DNA of 43,501 nt from an uncultured Gammaproteobacteria bacterium (GTDB lineage: Bacteria > Patescibacteriota > Microgenomatia > UBA1406 > GWC2-37-13), in NCBI GenBank assembly GCA_964366485.1, contig CAYITZ010000001.1, positions 1 to 43,501 of the forward strand. The letters run 5' to 3'. Under the pieces are notes generated by a model. It worked only from the letters and a program-made list of their open reading frames with translations. It had not been told where the DNA came from and did no database searches. The position numbers were made by a program, and so were the translations under genes. This document shows, in pieces, positions 42,090-43,501 of the stretch (position 1 is its first letter; every line of letters starts with the position of its first letter).

Positions 42090-43501
42090 CATGAAAAAAT
42101 ATCAAGTCAAAAAAATAATTAAGCAGTTTAAGTCAAAAGTTCCGGTGATTGATCCCGATTTTACATTTTATGAGAATATAAAGAAAATTTCCTTAGTTAA
42201 TTTACCTGTTGAAACACATTCTTTAACCAAGATTCCTTTGCCAAAATCTCTTCGGTATTTAGATGATTACCTTATTGAAGGGTGGAATAAAAATCATGGC
42301 CCGTTAATTGAACTTGCATCACAAAGAAAGATGATAAAACTGCCTTACCATGCCATTTTCCCAGGACCATACATTCCTTGGTTACGGGGAAAAATGGGTA
42401 TAATTGGAGATACGGCCTATTCTATCTTTATTAAAACAGTAAGTAGTGTAAAGCAAAGAGTTCCAGATATAAAAAGAATAAATGAGGTTCAAAATGGATA
42501 CACCTATAACAATGATTACTTTCCTATTATAAAAAAAATGGCTCTGCCTAAAGCAGAAAATTGGCATTTTAAACACATCGAGTGCCCGTCGATTGATGGA
42601 GTTTATTTTCCCCTTCCTCAAATTTATAAATATCAAAAGAAAGATATTACACAACTCAAAAAGAGCATTAACCTTATTGAAAATGTGTGTACATCATTTT
42701 ATAAAGCGCATAACTCAAGTAAACATAAAGTCAGTGGAAAAGTTCACAAAATAATTTCCTTTATCAGATGTGTTCAATATCTGCATACCCCTCATGTGCG
42801 GGAAACAGAAGTCGAAGTATTTGGAGAGATTTTAAATTATTTTGAAAATAAAAAAATATCTCATAGAAATGTTCCCGGGCTGTTATTTGAAATAGATCAT
42901 GCCGTATCATATCTAAATAAATTGAGAAATAAAGAAATAATATTTTCTGGAGTTTATGGCATGAGTTGGATTGATGTTATAAAGCTCCCTATAGAAAATC
43001 TCATCGAGACTGAGTTTGCTGATATTGAGAGGGTGCTTCGCGAAATCAGATCTCTTTTCTCCATAGGATGGGCGCCTATTTTAGTTCATCTATCAGGCAC
43101 TCTTGCGTACAATATCGATGGAACACACCGTCACTATGCACTGCTTAGTGTTGAACTTCTTCGAAGACTCAAACATAAACTTCATGTACCTCTCCGAAAA
43201 ATTAACTTAAATTCAAAAGAAGCCACTGAGATTATCACTGAATTTAGCTGGAGATATAAAAAAGTAGGATTAAGTTTGAGGGAAACTTTAAGAACAGTTA
43301 ATTATCTGATAAATAGTCAAGTTGAGTGGCCTTATTTACATTTTATGGAAGAGGAAATAAATAAAATCATTGATACCGAGCTTCAATATATCCCTGTTAT
43401 CTATCTACCTGAATGGAGAGCACGAACAGTAATAAAAGATCTTTGCGATGAAGGCACAGCACTTGTAGGAATACCTCCTATCAATATTGAAATCGTTGGT
43501 A
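42090..43501 (+). CDS. large hypothetical protein (over 470 aa, runs off the right edge) with a DGxHR ParB/Srx-like motif
   Basis: Absent from the ORF track because there is no stop in the window. Hand translation from ATG 42090 (in-frame stop at 42042) stays open to 43501: MKKYQVKKIIKQFKSK...LVHLSGTLAYNIDGTHRHYALLSVELL... The track ORF 42382..42654(-) is its antisense shadow. Confidence 0.65.

Noticed and set aside
42382-42654. 90-aa minus-strand ORF
   Set aside because: It is antisense to the long open plus-strand frame that starts at 42090. Its hydrophobic low-complexity sequence is typical of AT-rich shadow frames.
1-43501. CRISPR arrays, rRNA genes, IS elements, integrases, prophage structural genes
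   Set aside because: I found no regularly spaced direct repeats and no rRNA-like conserved blocks. No ORF has transposase (DDE), tyrosine or serine recombinase, or capsid/terminase motifs.

Overview
This window is AT-rich, tightly packed bacterial DNA with no recognisable Shine-Dalgarno sequences. Several near-consensus sigma70-type promoters sit only 6-13 nt upstream of start codons. The gene content looks like a small-genome, uncultivated (CPR/Patescibacteria-like) bacterium; that placement is inference only.

Layout:
(1) 1-12.1 kb: a partial alpha/beta hydrolase, then a tRNA(CAT), then a co-directional envelope glycosylation cluster. The cluster holds a GT2, an O-antigen-ligase-like protein, a GT39/ArnT-like protein, four GT4 genes, an AlkP-family enzyme, a FemAB-family protein and a small hydrolase.
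(2) 12.1-13.25 kb: a decay zone. It contains a 165-nt nested palindromic element, an N-terminally truncated M20 peptidase, and a 70-aa ThrRS N-terminal fragment fused out of frame to that peptidase.
(3) 13.25-31.5 kb: one long minus-strand array. It runs from a five-gene threonine operon (aspartate kinase, homoserine dehydrogenase, asd, a shikimate-kinase-like P-loop kinase, thrC) through lon, a two-subunit 2-oxoacid:ferredoxin oxidoreductase plus ferredoxin, rrf2-sufCBDSU, a hypothetical gene, tsaD and a tsaC-tsaE fusion.
(4) 31.5-34.3 kb: ftsH and a stand-alone 5'-3' exonuclease.
(5) 34.4-37.3 kb: an AT-rich accessory block.
(6) 37.3-39.3 kb: a probable glmS ribozyme and glmS.
(7) 39.3-43.5 kb: a three-gene cassette of unknown function led by an ATPase-wHTH protein, and a divergent large ORF with a DGxHR (ParB/Srx-like) motif that runs off the right edge.

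The most interesting signal is not in the ORF track. The 279-nt lon-ask spacer encodes two tandem Thr-run leader peptides (MSKNNICFQFSTTTPT and MDNQIKNLLRTTTTTRFNSGGL). Each is interlocked with terminator/antiterminator hairpins, which is the architecture of a duplicated ribosome-mediated attenuator. It controls a thr operon in which the kinases and dehydrogenase lack ACT regulatory domains. In that operon the homoserine kinase slot is filled by a P-loop, shikimate-kinase-like protein, a candidate non-orthologous homoserine kinase.

I saw no CRISPR array, rRNA, transposase or integrase.
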